From Eledone cirrhosa (Eukaryota): a DNA stretch of 64,000 nt. Location of the stretch: positions 361,026,001 through 361,090,000 of the forward strand of contig OZ024743.1 in NCBI GenBank assembly GCA_964016885.1, written 5' to 3'. Shown here piece by piece: positions 1 through 12,741 of this stretch; within the stretch, counting starts at the first letter, position 1, and each line of letters starts with the position of its first letter. Under the pieces are notes generated by a model that saw only the letters and a list, made by a program, of their open reading frames with translations, made no database searches and was not told where the DNA came from. The position numbers and the translations under genes are program-made.

Positions 1-262
1 CATGAAATCAAAGTGGTCCCGATTGTCATAGATGCACTAGGTACTATCTCAAAGTGTTTCCAAGGATGGTTAAAGAAAATTAGTCCAGCCCCACTTTTTG
101 GAACACTTCAAAAGGCATGCTTGCTGGGAATAGCGAGATCCCTCCGATACGTCCTGTATATATGAGGCTGCAGGTAGTGGCTTGATATTCATTTCAACAA
201 ACTTTCCAGTTAAATAACATCAATGACTGAGGCTCAAAGAACAATAATAATAGTAATAATAA
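1..262 (+). mobile_element. 3' end of an R4/Dong-clade non-LTR retrotransposon (RLE C-terminus, 3' UTR, (AAT)n tail)
   Basis: Frame 1 of 1-165 reads HEIKVVPIVIDALGTISK...LQKACLLGIARSLRYVLYI*, the typical C-terminus after the restriction-like endonuclease. A short UTR and an AAT repeat follow at 243-263. Confidence 0.85.
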
Positions 263-950
263 TGATTTCTTCATTGGCCACAAGGGCTGACATCAAGAAA
301 AACATTACAGACGGCACAGGACGGTTCGGTGTGGGTTTTGTGCGTGTAATGATTTTTATTATTTATATAAGAAAAGAAAAAAAAAAAAAAATTATATATA
401 TATATATAAAAAATAAAAATGAAAATTAAAACGATGAAAAATTCCCCAATAGGGGGGATACCTCCGAGGTTTACTCGTGGCAAAAACCACACAAAAGACC
501 ACGGCCACCCTGACCACCAGAGCAAGCGCCCGCTCTCAATTTTTCCATTTCTCATACTAAGGCGTATATTAGGAGCGGTCCCGTTCACTTGGACCATTCT
601 CGCTACATTCACCCACCTTTCAAAAAACTTGCTAGAAGGCAGCACTTGCCTCTCCACCCTGATGTTTCTCTTCAAGTGAAACCTGAAACGGTTAATTAGG
701 GATTGGCTGAAGAGGAAAGTGTCTGTCTTTAACACTTTCAACCTTGTCCACCACAGAATCTCTTTGGCCATAGCCACCAGGCGGATGAAAACCGCCTGCC
801 CTTCCTCCTCGAAGGAAGACGGCGAGACCATCTGCACAATGGACTCAGTCGATAACCGGATCAATCCTACACGCGAAAGAAACTGGTCGACATAGCTCCA
901 CAGTCAGCAATGCTCGAGCACTGAACGAGTGTGTGCACAACGGTTTCAGA
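262..950 (-). mobile_element. 5'-truncated Tx1/L1-clade LINE 3' end
   Basis: Minus strand gives ETVVHTLVQC (second half of the L1-type CCHC knuckle), then ...MAKEILWWTRLK...RFHLKRNIRVERQ...FFERWVNVAR, then a T-rich 3' UTR ending in (ATT)n. Confidence 0.7.
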
Positions 951-3170
951 TCTTATCAATTCCTTCATTTGTTTGTTCATGATGTCATCTGCCTCCAGAA
1001 CACCTAAATATTTGTATCCTTCTTCAATGTCAATTTCCTTTATCATCTCACCTGTTAGTACATGGATTTCGTTGTTTCTGCCCAATTTACCCCTCTTCAT
1101 CACTAGGACTCCACACTTATTAATACCAAATTCCATACATATATCATTGCCAAAATTACGGACAGTGTCAACAAGTACATCCAACTCGTTCTCACTCTTC
1201 CCAAAGAGTTTAAGAACGTCCATGAAGAGGAGGTGGCTGATGGTAAGCTATCGTCTTCCCAACTTGTATCCTGCTCTCACTATTCGCAATATAACATACA
1301 GGGGTATCAGGGCAAGGGCAAACACCAGAGGGGAGAAACTATCTCCCGGGAAGATAACTCTCTTGCACGTCACGCCACCCAAGGATTCTCCATCTGATGT
1401 TAACTGTTTCACAGCAATTCATACTTTTGCTCAACAACTCTCTGATGTTATCTGCCACCTTGTAGATCTCTCGGCTTTTGGTTATCCAAGAATGAGGTAC
1501 CATGTCGAATGCCTTTTTGTAGTCTATCCATCCCATGGCAAGACCAGTGCGTCTCCTCTTGCAATTCCTCATTACAAACTTATCAACAATTAACTGGTCT
1601 TTTGTACCACGGTACTTCTTTTGGTATCCTTTCTGTTCGTCCGGTAACAAGATGTTTATGTGGAGGTGATGTTATATTTCCTCAGACACAATGCTTGTTA
1701 ACAGTTTGCACATTACGGACAGACATGTGATAGGTCTATAGTTGGTAACATCATTCCAATTGATTCGGTCTTTCATTACCAGAACTGTGGTACCTTTTGT
1801 CAACCATTCTGCTACCTCACCCGACATCAAGCAGTCATTCAACATGGTTGTCAATTTCGGGTGGAGGGATGTTATATTTTGTATCCAATACCCCTGCACA
1901 CCATCTGGGCCTGGTGATTTCCAGTTGGTTAGCTTTTTGGCCTGCCCTGTAAGAGTTTCAACTGTGATAGTCAAATCAGTTTGTTGGTGTGCTTGTTCAC
2001 TAATCCCCTTTTGAACTGTCTCAATTCACACTGATGCGACCATCTTAGCGACCTGTGCAACGTGCACAGAAAATTTGGTCAAATTCGGTTGGTAATTGTA
2101 AAAGCCTTAGGTATCCAAATATGTACACAGACACACACATCCTCGGTTTTATATATATAAATATAAAGATGTTTTGTAATGTCCCATCCAGTAGGGACTC
2201 AAGCTTTCCAATGTCTTTTCTAATTACCTTGATTTGACCATTCAGTTTTCTTCCACCAATGTTCTGATCGTTCTTGTTTGTTGTTTCCTCTCGCTTTTGT
2301 GCCAAGTAATTTCCTAACCGCTGTTGCTTTGGGGATATTGTTGCATTGGTGAAGGTTCCTCGCCTCAAGGTATGGGATGACTTTGTTTACCTTAGCTGTT
2401 GTTTCTTTTAAGTTTTTCCTATCTACAAATCTTAGGTTCACAGGTTTTCCACTATCATTGTTCATTCATCAACCACTAAGCTCAGGATATCAACCAAATC
2501 TTGTCCTAGCCCGTCAGCATTCATTTCCTCAATGGCCGTATCTTTGTTCCAGATGTTATGTATTTCAGCATTCAGATCATTGTCTGCTCCGGATGCTTCC
2601 TCTGGTATCTCAACCACTTCACGTTTATTTCCCACAGGCTCGTTTGCCTGACATACTCCACTCTCCATTTCCAACTTAATCTCTCTGTTCAGTTCCTCCA
2701 GTTCCAACTCACTTATCCATCCATTAGATCTTATTACCCGAGCCTGCCCGCCAATATTTATTCATCTAATTTAAATAGACCAATCTCGTTCCAGATGTTA
2801 TGATCCGTTTCCTATAGCCTTTTTCCATGGGTTATTCGTCAGGTAACATTCCATGACAGTTCTATTAAATTCTTTCGTCCAGTTGGTTTTTGTCACTTTC
2901 TTTCTTCTTCTTCCTCCAACACCAGCAGTATTTGGATGACAGCGAGGTTCCTGCTGCTGTGCCAGGCAGCACCTGCTGGGTGAGAGTCTTTTACATGACG
3001 TTCCAATCTCCTCTTCATCGTTATTCGAACTGTTTAGGTTCGACATTTAAACACTCATATCGAGGATTGGTGAATGTGTGGTTACATAACCATCGGTGAT
3101 TTCATCACCCCCAGTGATTTCATCACCCCCGGTGATTTTAGCATGGCACCATCACGCTGTAGACGAACAT
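950..3170 (-). mobile_element. Degenerate R4/Dong-clade element, 5' half (N-terminus and RT)
   Basis: Broken ORFs with KTNWTKEFNRTVMECY, WKSPGPDGVQGYW, NYRPITCL, EQKG..GTKDQL, WIDYKKAFDMVPHSWI, FMDVLKL, MEFGINKC, YKYLGV. Many frameshifts. Ends abruptly at the Tx1 fragment. Confidence 0.9.
2030..2170 (-). mobile_element. Helitron-like 5' terminal fragment inserted in the Dong ORF
   Basis: Minus strand begins A|TCTTTATATTTATATATATAAAACCGAGGATGTGTGTGTCTGTG...CCGAATTTGACCAAATTT, resembling Helitron 5' ends (TC start after A). It interrupts the ORF and replaces part of it. Confidence 0.55.
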
Positions 3171-3219
3171 AAATAAATAAACAAACAAATAGATAAAAAC
3201 TTTAAAAAATAAACATGTT

Positions 3220-3221
<2 letters not shown>

Positions 3222-3253
<32 letters not shown>

Positions 3254-6200
3254 AGTTGCATTTATCTTGCTTTATGTTCATACGAGTTATCACCAAGTCA
3301 CAACCAGTGACCTCAAGAGACAACAAGGTCCGCCATGTTCAAGAAAGAACATACATATTCACACATGCATCTTTAGTGTTTAGACATGTGATGTACTTAT
3401 ATTGACAGAATCTTCTTTAGTATATGGGCAGTTCCCATTAGTACTATCTTTTGTATTTCTCCTATACGCGGGTTTCCTGGGATTTGCGATAAGTAATCAA
3501 TAGACCCCTTAGGTATCATTCCCAGAGCGCCTACAACCACTGGTATTGTTTTAGGTCTCAATTTCCACATTTTTCCAATTTCTATCTCCAGGTCCTTATA
3601 CTTGCTCAATTTTTCAAATGCTTTTATAGATACATTCTTGTCTATTGGAACAGACATATCAATTAGCAGGCATACCCTCCTTTGAAAGTCCTTCAATATT
3701 ATATCAGGTCTATTTGCATCTATTTTTCGGTCTGTTTGGATGCTAAAGTTCCACAAGATTGAGATGTGATCTTTTTCAAGTATGTGAGGTGGTTGATGCT
3801 CCCACCAATTCTTTTGATGGGGCAGGTCAAAATGCTTACACATTATCCAATGTATGTATTGTGCAGCTCTGTCATGCCTGTTTAGGTATTCGGTTGGAGC
3901 TATAGGACTGCACATTGAAATTATATGGTCAATGGTCTCTGGTTGTTTTTTGCATACACGGCATAATGGGCTGCATCCATTTTTTATTATGTTGGGTTGG
4001 TAATTTTTTGTTGGCAGACACTGATCTTGTGCTGATATAATCAGTCCTTCAGTCTCCGATTTCAGTCGAGAGGATGCCAACCACTGATGGGTTAAAGTTT
4101 TGTCAACATCAGGATTGTTAGCTCGTTCTGGGTATTTTCCATGCAGAGGCTTTTCTTGCCATTTCTTAGCCAGTTTCTGTAGCAGTTCTTTATTTGCAGT
4201 TACTTTTACCTGCTTTGCTTTTTCTGTGTTTTCCATTTCAGCAGTAAATGGGACTTCTGAAATTTGTAGTCCATTACTGTATCTTTGTGCATCTTTTGTA
4301 ATGGAATATGATCTTTTGATGCTTTCGTGTTTCAAAACGAGTTTGATCATCCAATCATGTGATTCCCTTAGATATGTAGATAATCCAATTGTTGCAGTTT
4401 TCAACGCAATGTCTAACTGGATTAACACACGTCCTCCTTCTTTCCTAGGGAGATATATTCTATCTATATCTGCTTTAGGGTGATGCATTCTGTGCATGGT
4501 TAACAATTTTCGAATTTTTGTATCGAGCCTACGGATCTCTGTGCTTGACCAGTTGATGACATTGTAACTGTAGGTTACTACTGGTATGGCAAGCGTGTTT
4601 ATGGCATCGATCCTATTCCTTGCATTCAATTCCGTTCTTAAGATTGCTCTTACTCTGCGGTAACATTCCTTCCTTATCCTTTCCCTCATTGTCGAGTGCT
4701 TGATTCCGTCTCCTTCACAAACACCTAGATATTTGTAAGTTTTTTCTTGATCAAGTTCTCTTATCACGTTCCCCCGATCAAGATTAATGTCTGAACTCTT
4801 CAGCAGCTTTCCTCTGGTGAACGTTGCTTTGGCGCATTTATCTAGTCCAAACTCCATTTTAATGTCATCACTGAACTGCTTCACAGTGGATAATAGCCCT
4901 TGCAATTGTTCATCATATTTTGCAAATAGTTTCAGGTCATCCATGTAGAACAGGTGATTAATGGTTTTGTCATAGACTTTATATCCATGTTTTGTTTCAT
5001 TGAGCATTTTACTTAATGGTATAAGTGCGATGCAGAATAAAAGCGGTGATAAAGAGTCACCCTGAAAAATTCCACAATTAATATTAACTTCTCCAGCTTC
5101 CAGTGATTTTGTTTCACTATTCAAAAGGAGTGTCGTTTTCCATGTCTTCATACTGAATGACAAAAAACCCCTGAAAACGGGGGATATTTTGAAAATCTCT
5201 AAACATTTTTAAATCCAACTGTGTGGCAAACTATCGAATGCTTTTTTATAATCTATCCAAGCAATCGATAGATTTTTGTGTCTATTATGACAATCTTCCA
5301 GTATCATTTTGTTAATCAGAAGCTGATCCTTACAGCCATATGAGCCTCGTTTACACCCTTTCTGCTCAATGGGAAATAGGTCATTTGTTATCAGGTGGTC
5401 ATATGTGTATTCAGTTAGGACTGATGTTAACATTTTATACATTGTGGTCAAGCAAGTTATCGGTCTGTAATTTTGGGGATTGTTTGTCTCATCATTCTTC
5501 GGAAGCAGGAATGTAATGCCGTTAACTAGCGATGATGGTATCTTTTCTGGCTCCTTAACTATTTCATTGTAAAGTTGGGCTAACAGCTCATGAGACTCTG
5601 TGAAGGCATTTATCCAAAAGTTTTGTATTTTGTCTTTTCCTGGGGATTTCCATTTGCTGGTTTTTCTTAGAGCCAAGCGCAACTGTTCAACTGTTATATT
5701 TTCCCATGTTTGTTCCTCAAGGTGAGCTGTATCTTTCATTTGTCTGTCTCTCCATGGGGCATGTATGTTATGAACTTTTTCTTCGGCCCAGATCTTTTCC
5801 CAGAATTCTTGCACTTCCTCCTTGGATGGTATTGATTTAGCAGTTATTGTTGACTTACCAATTTTTCTGTAGAAGTTTCTTTGGTTGTTTTTGAACATAT
5901 TATTGTCCTTATAGAATCTAGATCGTTTTTCAAAGCGCCTTATACGAGCAGCTTTGGCCGACACTTTTTGCTTGATTATTTCTATCAGCACGACTATGTC
6001 ACATGTTGATTTTATACTGTACCTTTTTTTCAATTTTCTAAGTTTAGTTTGTTTAACATGTTCACCTACTTTATAGTTTGTTAAAATTTCTATGTCAGAT
6101 CGGAGAAGGTTTATTTGGCGATTAATGTTCTCTTGCCAAGTAGATTTCTTGTGGGAATTCCTTTGTTTTTTCATCTTCACTCCACATAAGTGAGTGGTGA

Positions 6201-7225
6201 CTTTAGCCGATGCATAATAGAGATGATTTAAATCAGTAATGTTTAGTTTGTTTGTGATGATAATGTTTTTGATAATTATGTTAGTCTTGTGTATTATCTT
6301 TTGGTTCTGTTTGGAGTTGTGGATCTTAGAGAGGGTGTCTCGTTGCCCCATGTCAGATTCTTTCATTTTCATCCATTCAATCATAATTTCATCCTTCAAG
6401 TTGGCAAGTTCATTCTCATTCATTTCTTTATCATTTACGATCTCATTATTTTCATTTGGAGTTTCATCCTGAGCATGCACTCCCTCCACTTTTTCGATCC
6501 TTTCTTTAATTTGTTCTGTTGCCAGTGATTCCGCCCCAACCCTGGGATTCAAAGTGTTACAGTTTACCTAGTTTTCACTGACACATGTTTCATTTTCCCT
6601 TCGCTGACTTTGTGCTAATAGCTTGATCTGATCAATTTCTATATCAGTTAGTAACTTTTTTCTTACAATATTTCTTCGTATATTGGCTAGTTTGTGACTG
6701 TCAATATAGCCTCTGTTTTCGGGATGTTTCTTTTTCCAGTTGATACATGTCTGTTCTGTATTCGATGTATTTGATGGGTAGTACATGGCAGTGTAGAAAG
6801 CCTCAAGGACTTCTTTATTATCTTCCCTTGACCATTTTTCTCTCTTTTTCTTTGGATTTCTTGGTGGTGAGCATGGAGGGCCAACAGTAGGAGTATTCCG
6901 GTTATGGGAGGTCTCCAGCTCCGAAGTGATGGGAAGGTTTGAACCATTAGCTGATTTTCCGACCCCAGTCTGGTTCCTCTCTGAGGGACGCGGCCCTTTT
7001 TTACCCGGGTGACGGCCGATCCGGTATGAGATTTTATCATTAGACATTTACTTTATTTTGTCGCGTTTTATCCTTATCCGCCAAGGGGTAATCATTTCGT
7101 GTTACCACTTCTAGAACGAGTGTCAACCAAGATTAGAAGGGTCGTTCTCCCCTAGAGACACGGCTATTCCCCGCCGGCCGCCATCCCGGTATATCTTGGT
7201 CACAGGGTTTTCTTTTTGTTGTTTT
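3222..7225 (-). mobile_element. Full-length R4/Dong-clade non-LTR retrotransposon
   Basis: 5' UTR 7048-7225, single ORF 7047-3397, 3' UTR 3396-3252, (AAT)n tail 3251-3222. Confidence 0.95.
3397..7047 (-). pseudogene. RT-CCHC-RLE polyprotein of about 1216 codons with two in-frame stops
   Basis: ORFs 6568-7047, 5209-6552 and 3397-5163 share one frame and are separated only by TAG (6568-6570) and TAA (5209-5211). Motifs: KWSREDNKEVLEAFY, GIFQGDSLSP, FYMDD, CRVC..ETIDHIISMC, RHD, RPDII..LIDMSVP..KLSKY. Confidence 0.93.
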
Positions 7226-7284
7226 TTTAAATTGTTATTATCATGAGTGGTTCCTTAATGTGAGCATTGCGTGGCTTAAGAATG

Positions 7285-7350
7285 AAATTATTAATAATTG
7301 TCTCTACTCCAGGCACAAGGCCAGCAATCACCCAGGGCATTACAATAATA
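7285..7350 (-). mobile_element. SINE 3' tail fragment
   Basis: Reverse complement matches the SINE tail GTAATGC.CTGGGT.ATTGCTGGCCTTGTGCCT..AGTAGA.ACAATTAT seen in the full copies. Confidence 0.7.
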
Positions 7351-8194
7351 TAATATACTTTTTGTTGTAGTTGGCTGTTATTGTTGTTGTCTATGTCGGT
7401 GGTGGTGCCGGGGCTTTTTATATTGTTGGTGAGGAAGGGGTGAGCCCGCAGTCCCATAGTTGTTGATGTTGACGTTTGGCCGGTGACCAGGTCACTAAGT
7501 CAATCTATTTATATCTTTTGCTAGCCTCTCCCTTGTCTAGTGATACCACCACCTTCCCCTTTTCTCTCTCAAGTTAACAGGGGAATAGTGGTGGTAGCAT
7601 TGAAGGAGTGGTGGCGGCGACGATGGGATAGTGGTAGCAATGATGGATAGGGTGGGGTGGTGGCAGCGGTGGCGTTGTGGTTACTGATATGTAGTATCTA
7701 TGAGTTTGTGTTCGTATGTTTAATATATATTTTTATTATATTTTGTGTTGACATATTCCCGTAAAATTATAATTAAACATTTTTTTTTAAATTTGAGACA
7801 ATAATAATAGTAATTATTATTATGATGCTGGTGAAATTGCCGTTATCTGGCTGTTATATTTAGTGTGATGGGATAGGTGATGTATGATATTATTATTATT
7901 ATTATTATTATTATAATTATTATTATTATTATTATTGGCGACCTACTTAGGAAATCGTATTATCGTGAGCTCCGCAAAGGTTTGTTGTTTTCAGTTGTTT
8001 CAAATTGCCAGTTATGGAAAATTTCTGTTGTTAAGTGTATATAAGTTCACATATATTGCTTTTTGAAAAGGACACAAAAAATATTGAGGCCTTGAGCCCA
8101 AAACTTAAACATTATATATCAAACAAAATATTTCTTTGAAAAAAAATACATGGACGACAAATTTACTGTTTTAACAGACCCCCCCCCCCCCGAC

Positions 8195-8534
8195 ATTGCA
8201 AAATACATTATATATACATCCATATATATATTGCTATTTCAGAGCTCCAATTCTAATTTTTAATTTCTGCCTGACCAACAACCGCTCTGCATAATCAGCT
8301 CCTGATTATTTACTAGATTTCTATAAGAATATAACATCATTGATCTCAGTAGACAGGTGGGTAGTTGTCCTTGATAAGCTTCAACCAAAGCGAAACATGT
8401 CATGTCGGCTTATCTCCCCTGTTTGCTGAGATCAAAGTGAGTGAATTTGTCACTACTTTAAAACAATAGCTTACGGTCTTCAAAATGCTTTTAATTAAGC
8501 ATAAAGTGTATTGCAAAATACATTATATATACAT

Positions 8535-8545
<11 letters not shown>
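8195..8545 (+). mobile_element. HHR repeat family A (about 315-nt unit, 1.1 copies)
   Basis: About 35-bp direct repeat ATTGCAAAATACATTATATATACATCC at 8195 and 8510. HHR-like motif at 8361-8416: TTGATAA-GCTT/AAGC-GAAAC-ATGTCAT-GTC. Homologous to 15039-15547. Confidence 0.7.
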
Positions 8546-8621
<76 letters not shown>

Positions 8622-8708
8622 ATATAGAGGGGAAAAACACAGAACAGTGTGTATTTCAGTACAGGAATTTCAACACGTTGGAGGGGTGGTTTACTTTTGT
8701 TCTCTCTA

Positions 8709-8740
<32 letters not shown>

Positions 8741-8747
<7 letters not shown>

Positions 8748-9080
8748 TAAAAGGAAAAGAAAATGCTGACAAATTGTTTCCAGTGAAAAATAGTTTAATT
8801 AGGAATAAGTTTTTACCGGTTGCGCATTTCTAATGCTTTTCAAAAATAATGTTGAGATAGAGCGCTCGTGATGTTTGCTCTAATCGGATTAGAGCAAACA
8901 TCACGAGCGCTCTATCTCAAAATTATTTTTGAAAAGCATTAGAAATGCGCAACCGGTAAAAACTTAAAACTAAAATGAATACTAACCAATACTTATTACT
9001 AATTTTTACTTATTCCTAATTAAACTATTTTTCACATTGGAAAAATTTGTCAGCATTTTCTTTTCCTTTTACTAATATAT
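8741..9080. repeat. Fold-back duplication of a PLE 3' terminus (same family as 21343-23345)
   Basis: Inverted arms 8741-8885 and 8887-9080 with a 1-nt centre. Matches 21343-21525. Contains a degenerate HHR, TTGAAAA-GCATT/AATGC-GCAAC-CG-GTA. Confidence 0.85.
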
Positions 9081-9113
9081 CACAACTCGTGTGTTACACC
9101 TCTATTCTTTTAA

Positions 9114-9180
<67 letters not shown>

Positions 9181-9409
9181 AAATATAAAACAATAAAATT
9201 CTTGCTTAATGCACTTTATTGCTAACCTGCTTCCAGACAACTGTTTGAAATCATCGGAGCACACACTATGTTTAAACAAGTAATTACATTCCTAGTCCTT
9301 AGAACATTCTAACAGTGTCAGTGACATAATATTGAAAAGCAAGAGTAACAAAGTGATATAGTGAAAAAAATACCAAAATATTGGGAGCTGTTATGAAGAG
9401 GTTATTACT

Positions 9410-9725
9410 TAAAGTGAGTATATCAAGCATATTACACAGAATGTTAATAGTAGTATGCATAAACGTAATACAGCTACAAAATGATAGCAGGCAAATACAT
9501 GATATTACAGTAAAAAGATATCAAAATATTGAAAGGTGTTATAAGAAGCGTATAACTAAAAGTGAATATATGAAGAATATTACACTCAGAGTGTTAATAA
9601 TAGCATGCATAAGTCAAGACAGAATGTGAATATATCAAGCTTATTACATACAGAATGACAATAGTAGCATGCATTATGGTAAAACAGATATGTAATGATA
9701 GCATAGATATAAATGTTATGTAATG
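9410..9725. repeat. Degenerate minisatellite (unit about 70 bp)
   Basis: Recurring GTGA(G/A)TATAT(C/G)AAG...ATTACA..CAGA(A/G)TG..AATA(G/A)TAG(T/C)ATGCAT blocks. Confidence 0.6.
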
Positions 9726-10599
9726 TAAATAATATGTGACAAGTTAGTTGCATTCAAATATGTAAAAATGTTTATATATATATATATATATACGCAGACA
9801 CATTATACATGTATATGTATGTGTGTGTATGCGCGTGTGTGGGTGTTTGTGTGCGTGTGTACATGTGCGCACGCGCTTGACTGTGAGTGTTTATTTAATG
9901 TAAATACTTTTATTATTGTCCCGTATATCAACCAGTCCTTCTTACACATTCTTCTTCTAGATATCGGTAAAGAGTAAATCATGTTGTGTCTAATTGTATA
10001 CTGAACGTGTATTAATGAAGTTATGGGGAAAGAGAATTAGAAAACACAATAGTCAATTTGAGTGGAATTACATTGATGTAGGACAGAGTGAAAGACGTGG
10101 GCAGAGAACTGGACGGAATCGGAAATAACGAGAATGAGTGTGGGAATGTATGATACAAAGAACGTTTTCAAAGACGTTAGAGAACTACATTCATTAGGCA
10201 TGCATCCAAGTTGGATTTGCCTAAAACAAGCAATGCACCACACTGCAGCAATTTCTATCGTTAATTTCCGGTAGAAGATTGAGTTTTATGAAAACATAGC
10301 ATACAGAAAATGAAATGTACCACTTTTTATTGCTCGAAAAATATTTACTTCTTGTATATTCAAATAAATCAACGGCCACGTCAAAGAGCTGAAATGTTTC
10401 AGACGGGAAAAATAGAAAAGTAAGCAAAACTATATTGAAATGAAACCAGAAGAAAACATTAACTAACATTATGTGAATATACTTTATATTGAGTGTAAAT
10501 TAATATAACTATGAAAATAATTTATTGAGAATTTGCATTTCAGTTAAATGAACAATTGCAGATTTCACTTACATAATTCAATGACTGATTATCAGAACA

Positions 10600-10695
10600 T
10601 TATGGTAGTATTCCGGCAGTGTTAGTTCTGATTTCAAACCCCGCCGTCATGTTTTAGTCTTTAATCATCTATGGTCGGTTAAATGAAGTACATTT
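10600..10695 (+). mobile_element. Old degenerate SINE copy
   Basis: TCTGATTTCAAACCCCGCCG...TTTAATCATCTATGGTCGGTTAAATGAAGTAC aligns loosely with the SINE B-box and core. Confidence 0.45.
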
Positions 10696-10785
10696 TTAGA
10701 ACATTTGCGTTTGAGTTTTGAAAATATCATTTTACACCACTTTGCTGTCACACGAGTAATAGGGATAATAGGCAGATGTAGCACA

Positions 10786-10925
<140 letters not shown>

Positions 10926-11083
10926 TAAATATACACGGGTGTGTATGATTGTGTATAGAAGATTATATTAATAAGAGGAATTCCAACTTTGTCTGATTTA
11001 CTCGTTTTATTTACAATCCTTTAAAATTTATAATGGTAATATAATGAAATAGTATGATAGAATATTAAATTCTAAGTGTTAAT

Positions 11084-11122
11084 TGAACAAGTACTTTCAT
11101 GCTTTCGCAATCTTCAGGTTCA
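11084..11122 (-). ncRNA. Minimal type I hammerhead ribozyme, intact core
   Basis: UGAAC-CUGAAGA-U-UGC-GAAA-GCA-U-GAAAG-UA-CUU^GUUCA. Stem I 5 bp, stem II with a GAAA tetraloop, palindromic stem III (AAGUACUU). Lies in a unit of about 215 bp (10935-11150) between microsatellites. Confidence 0.8.
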
Positions 11123-11147
11123 TAATATGTGGTGACAGTCAAGTTTG

Positions 11148-11451
<304 letters not shown>

Positions 11452-12169
11452 AAGAGGAAAACGTGAAGTTGTAGATGTTAGAATCTTTTATTATTTGAGC
11501 CGTTATACATATTACCATGGCGATAGATATCGTGATTTCTTCAGAGAGTAAAATTGAGTAAAAAGGTAACGTCTCCATGGCAATTATGGGTGGAAGGGCG
11601 TGGATTTTTAAAAAAGTGTATGTTTCTTGCTTTGGATGTCAGCTCCCTTTCAGAACCTCCTGACAGCTGTGCACAGATGCAGGGGTGTGGGTGGCTGACC
11701 ACTCAACTACCACCCAGAATACTATTGACCTTATTTGTTCTCTCTAGCTACAAGTCCCGCACAACCTCAGCCGACAATATTATACGGTTAGTGGGAGTTC
11801 AATTCAGACAAATCTGTTGACTGCTAATTTTGGTGTCCAGCAGAATTTCAGTACATGGGGTCGTAGTTAAAGTAAGCTAGATTCTCATAGAATTCACTTA
11901 ATGTTTATGGGCTAATGAGACTCATTTTCATTTGTAGCTGGCTTGACTTAAATTTAAGAAATGTATTGCTTCTCCTATATAGCTATATGCATATGAATGT
12001 ACGTATTGCATATTGAATAATATAGAGGTTGTTTATGCAAAAAAATTTAAGTCCTTTCGTTATGAATTTTACGTTTGAGAGCCCTTTATGCAAATGACTA
12101 CTCGACACCAACACAACATATAACCAGCACACACAATCCCACGAAAGTGCACACAAAAACTGCCTCATG

Positions 12170-12735
12170 AACTGGCGGACTTATTGAATTTTGACCCATG
12201 GCCGATTACAAAACACAAAAGACGCAATATCAAACACCCCTGCCCACATTAAAAAGTTTCACTGAGAAATAAGAACATGAAATTATAGAAAAAAAAAGAT
12301 AGATAGAAAAAAAAAAAAATTAACATCAACGCTTCGACAAATTTCCTTACAGATACATCGCCATATATTTCTTAACACCTCACTATGTCTTTTCCTTTTT
12401 ATTCGCACATTTTACTATTTCTACTCTTTCTCATATATATTACTTCTTCACCGTCTCCTCGCAAACTCTCCTGCCTGATATGATCCCCATACAACTCAAT
12501 CTAACCATGGCCACGTAGCCGAAGTGATAATTAGATTCAGTTTTTCATCTGCGATCGAAAATGAATATTTGAAACGATACTCTGAGCGAAACTGGTGTGT
12601 GAAAACCTACCTCTATTTAGAACAAAATAGCAATTATTTTATATGAATTAATTCCTTTTTATTGTTTATTGTAGTTTTGCATGTATATTAAAACACTTTA
12701 TGTTCATCTCTAAATAGTTTTTGTTATTTTTCGTA
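12170..12735 (+). mobile_element. Probable decayed PLE 3' end with degenerate HHR
   Basis: HHR-like TTTTCAT-CTG_CGA...GAAAC-TG-GTG-TGTGAAAA at about 12541-12605. Pyrimidine-rich UTR upstream, ends in TA repeats. Confidence 0.4.
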
Positions 12736-12741
12736 TATATA

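Noticed and set aside
931-1593. 220-aa plus-strand ORF and similar antisense ORFs over retroelements
   Set aside because: Shadow frames opposite RT coding sequence.
7048-7225. HDV-like ribozyme in the Dong 5' UTR
   Set aside because: A P2-like pair and a CUAA linker exist, but I could not build P1, L3 (UCC) or P1.1.
11490-11560. HHR on the minus strand starting CTGAAGA
   Set aside because: No GAAA core or stem I partner found.
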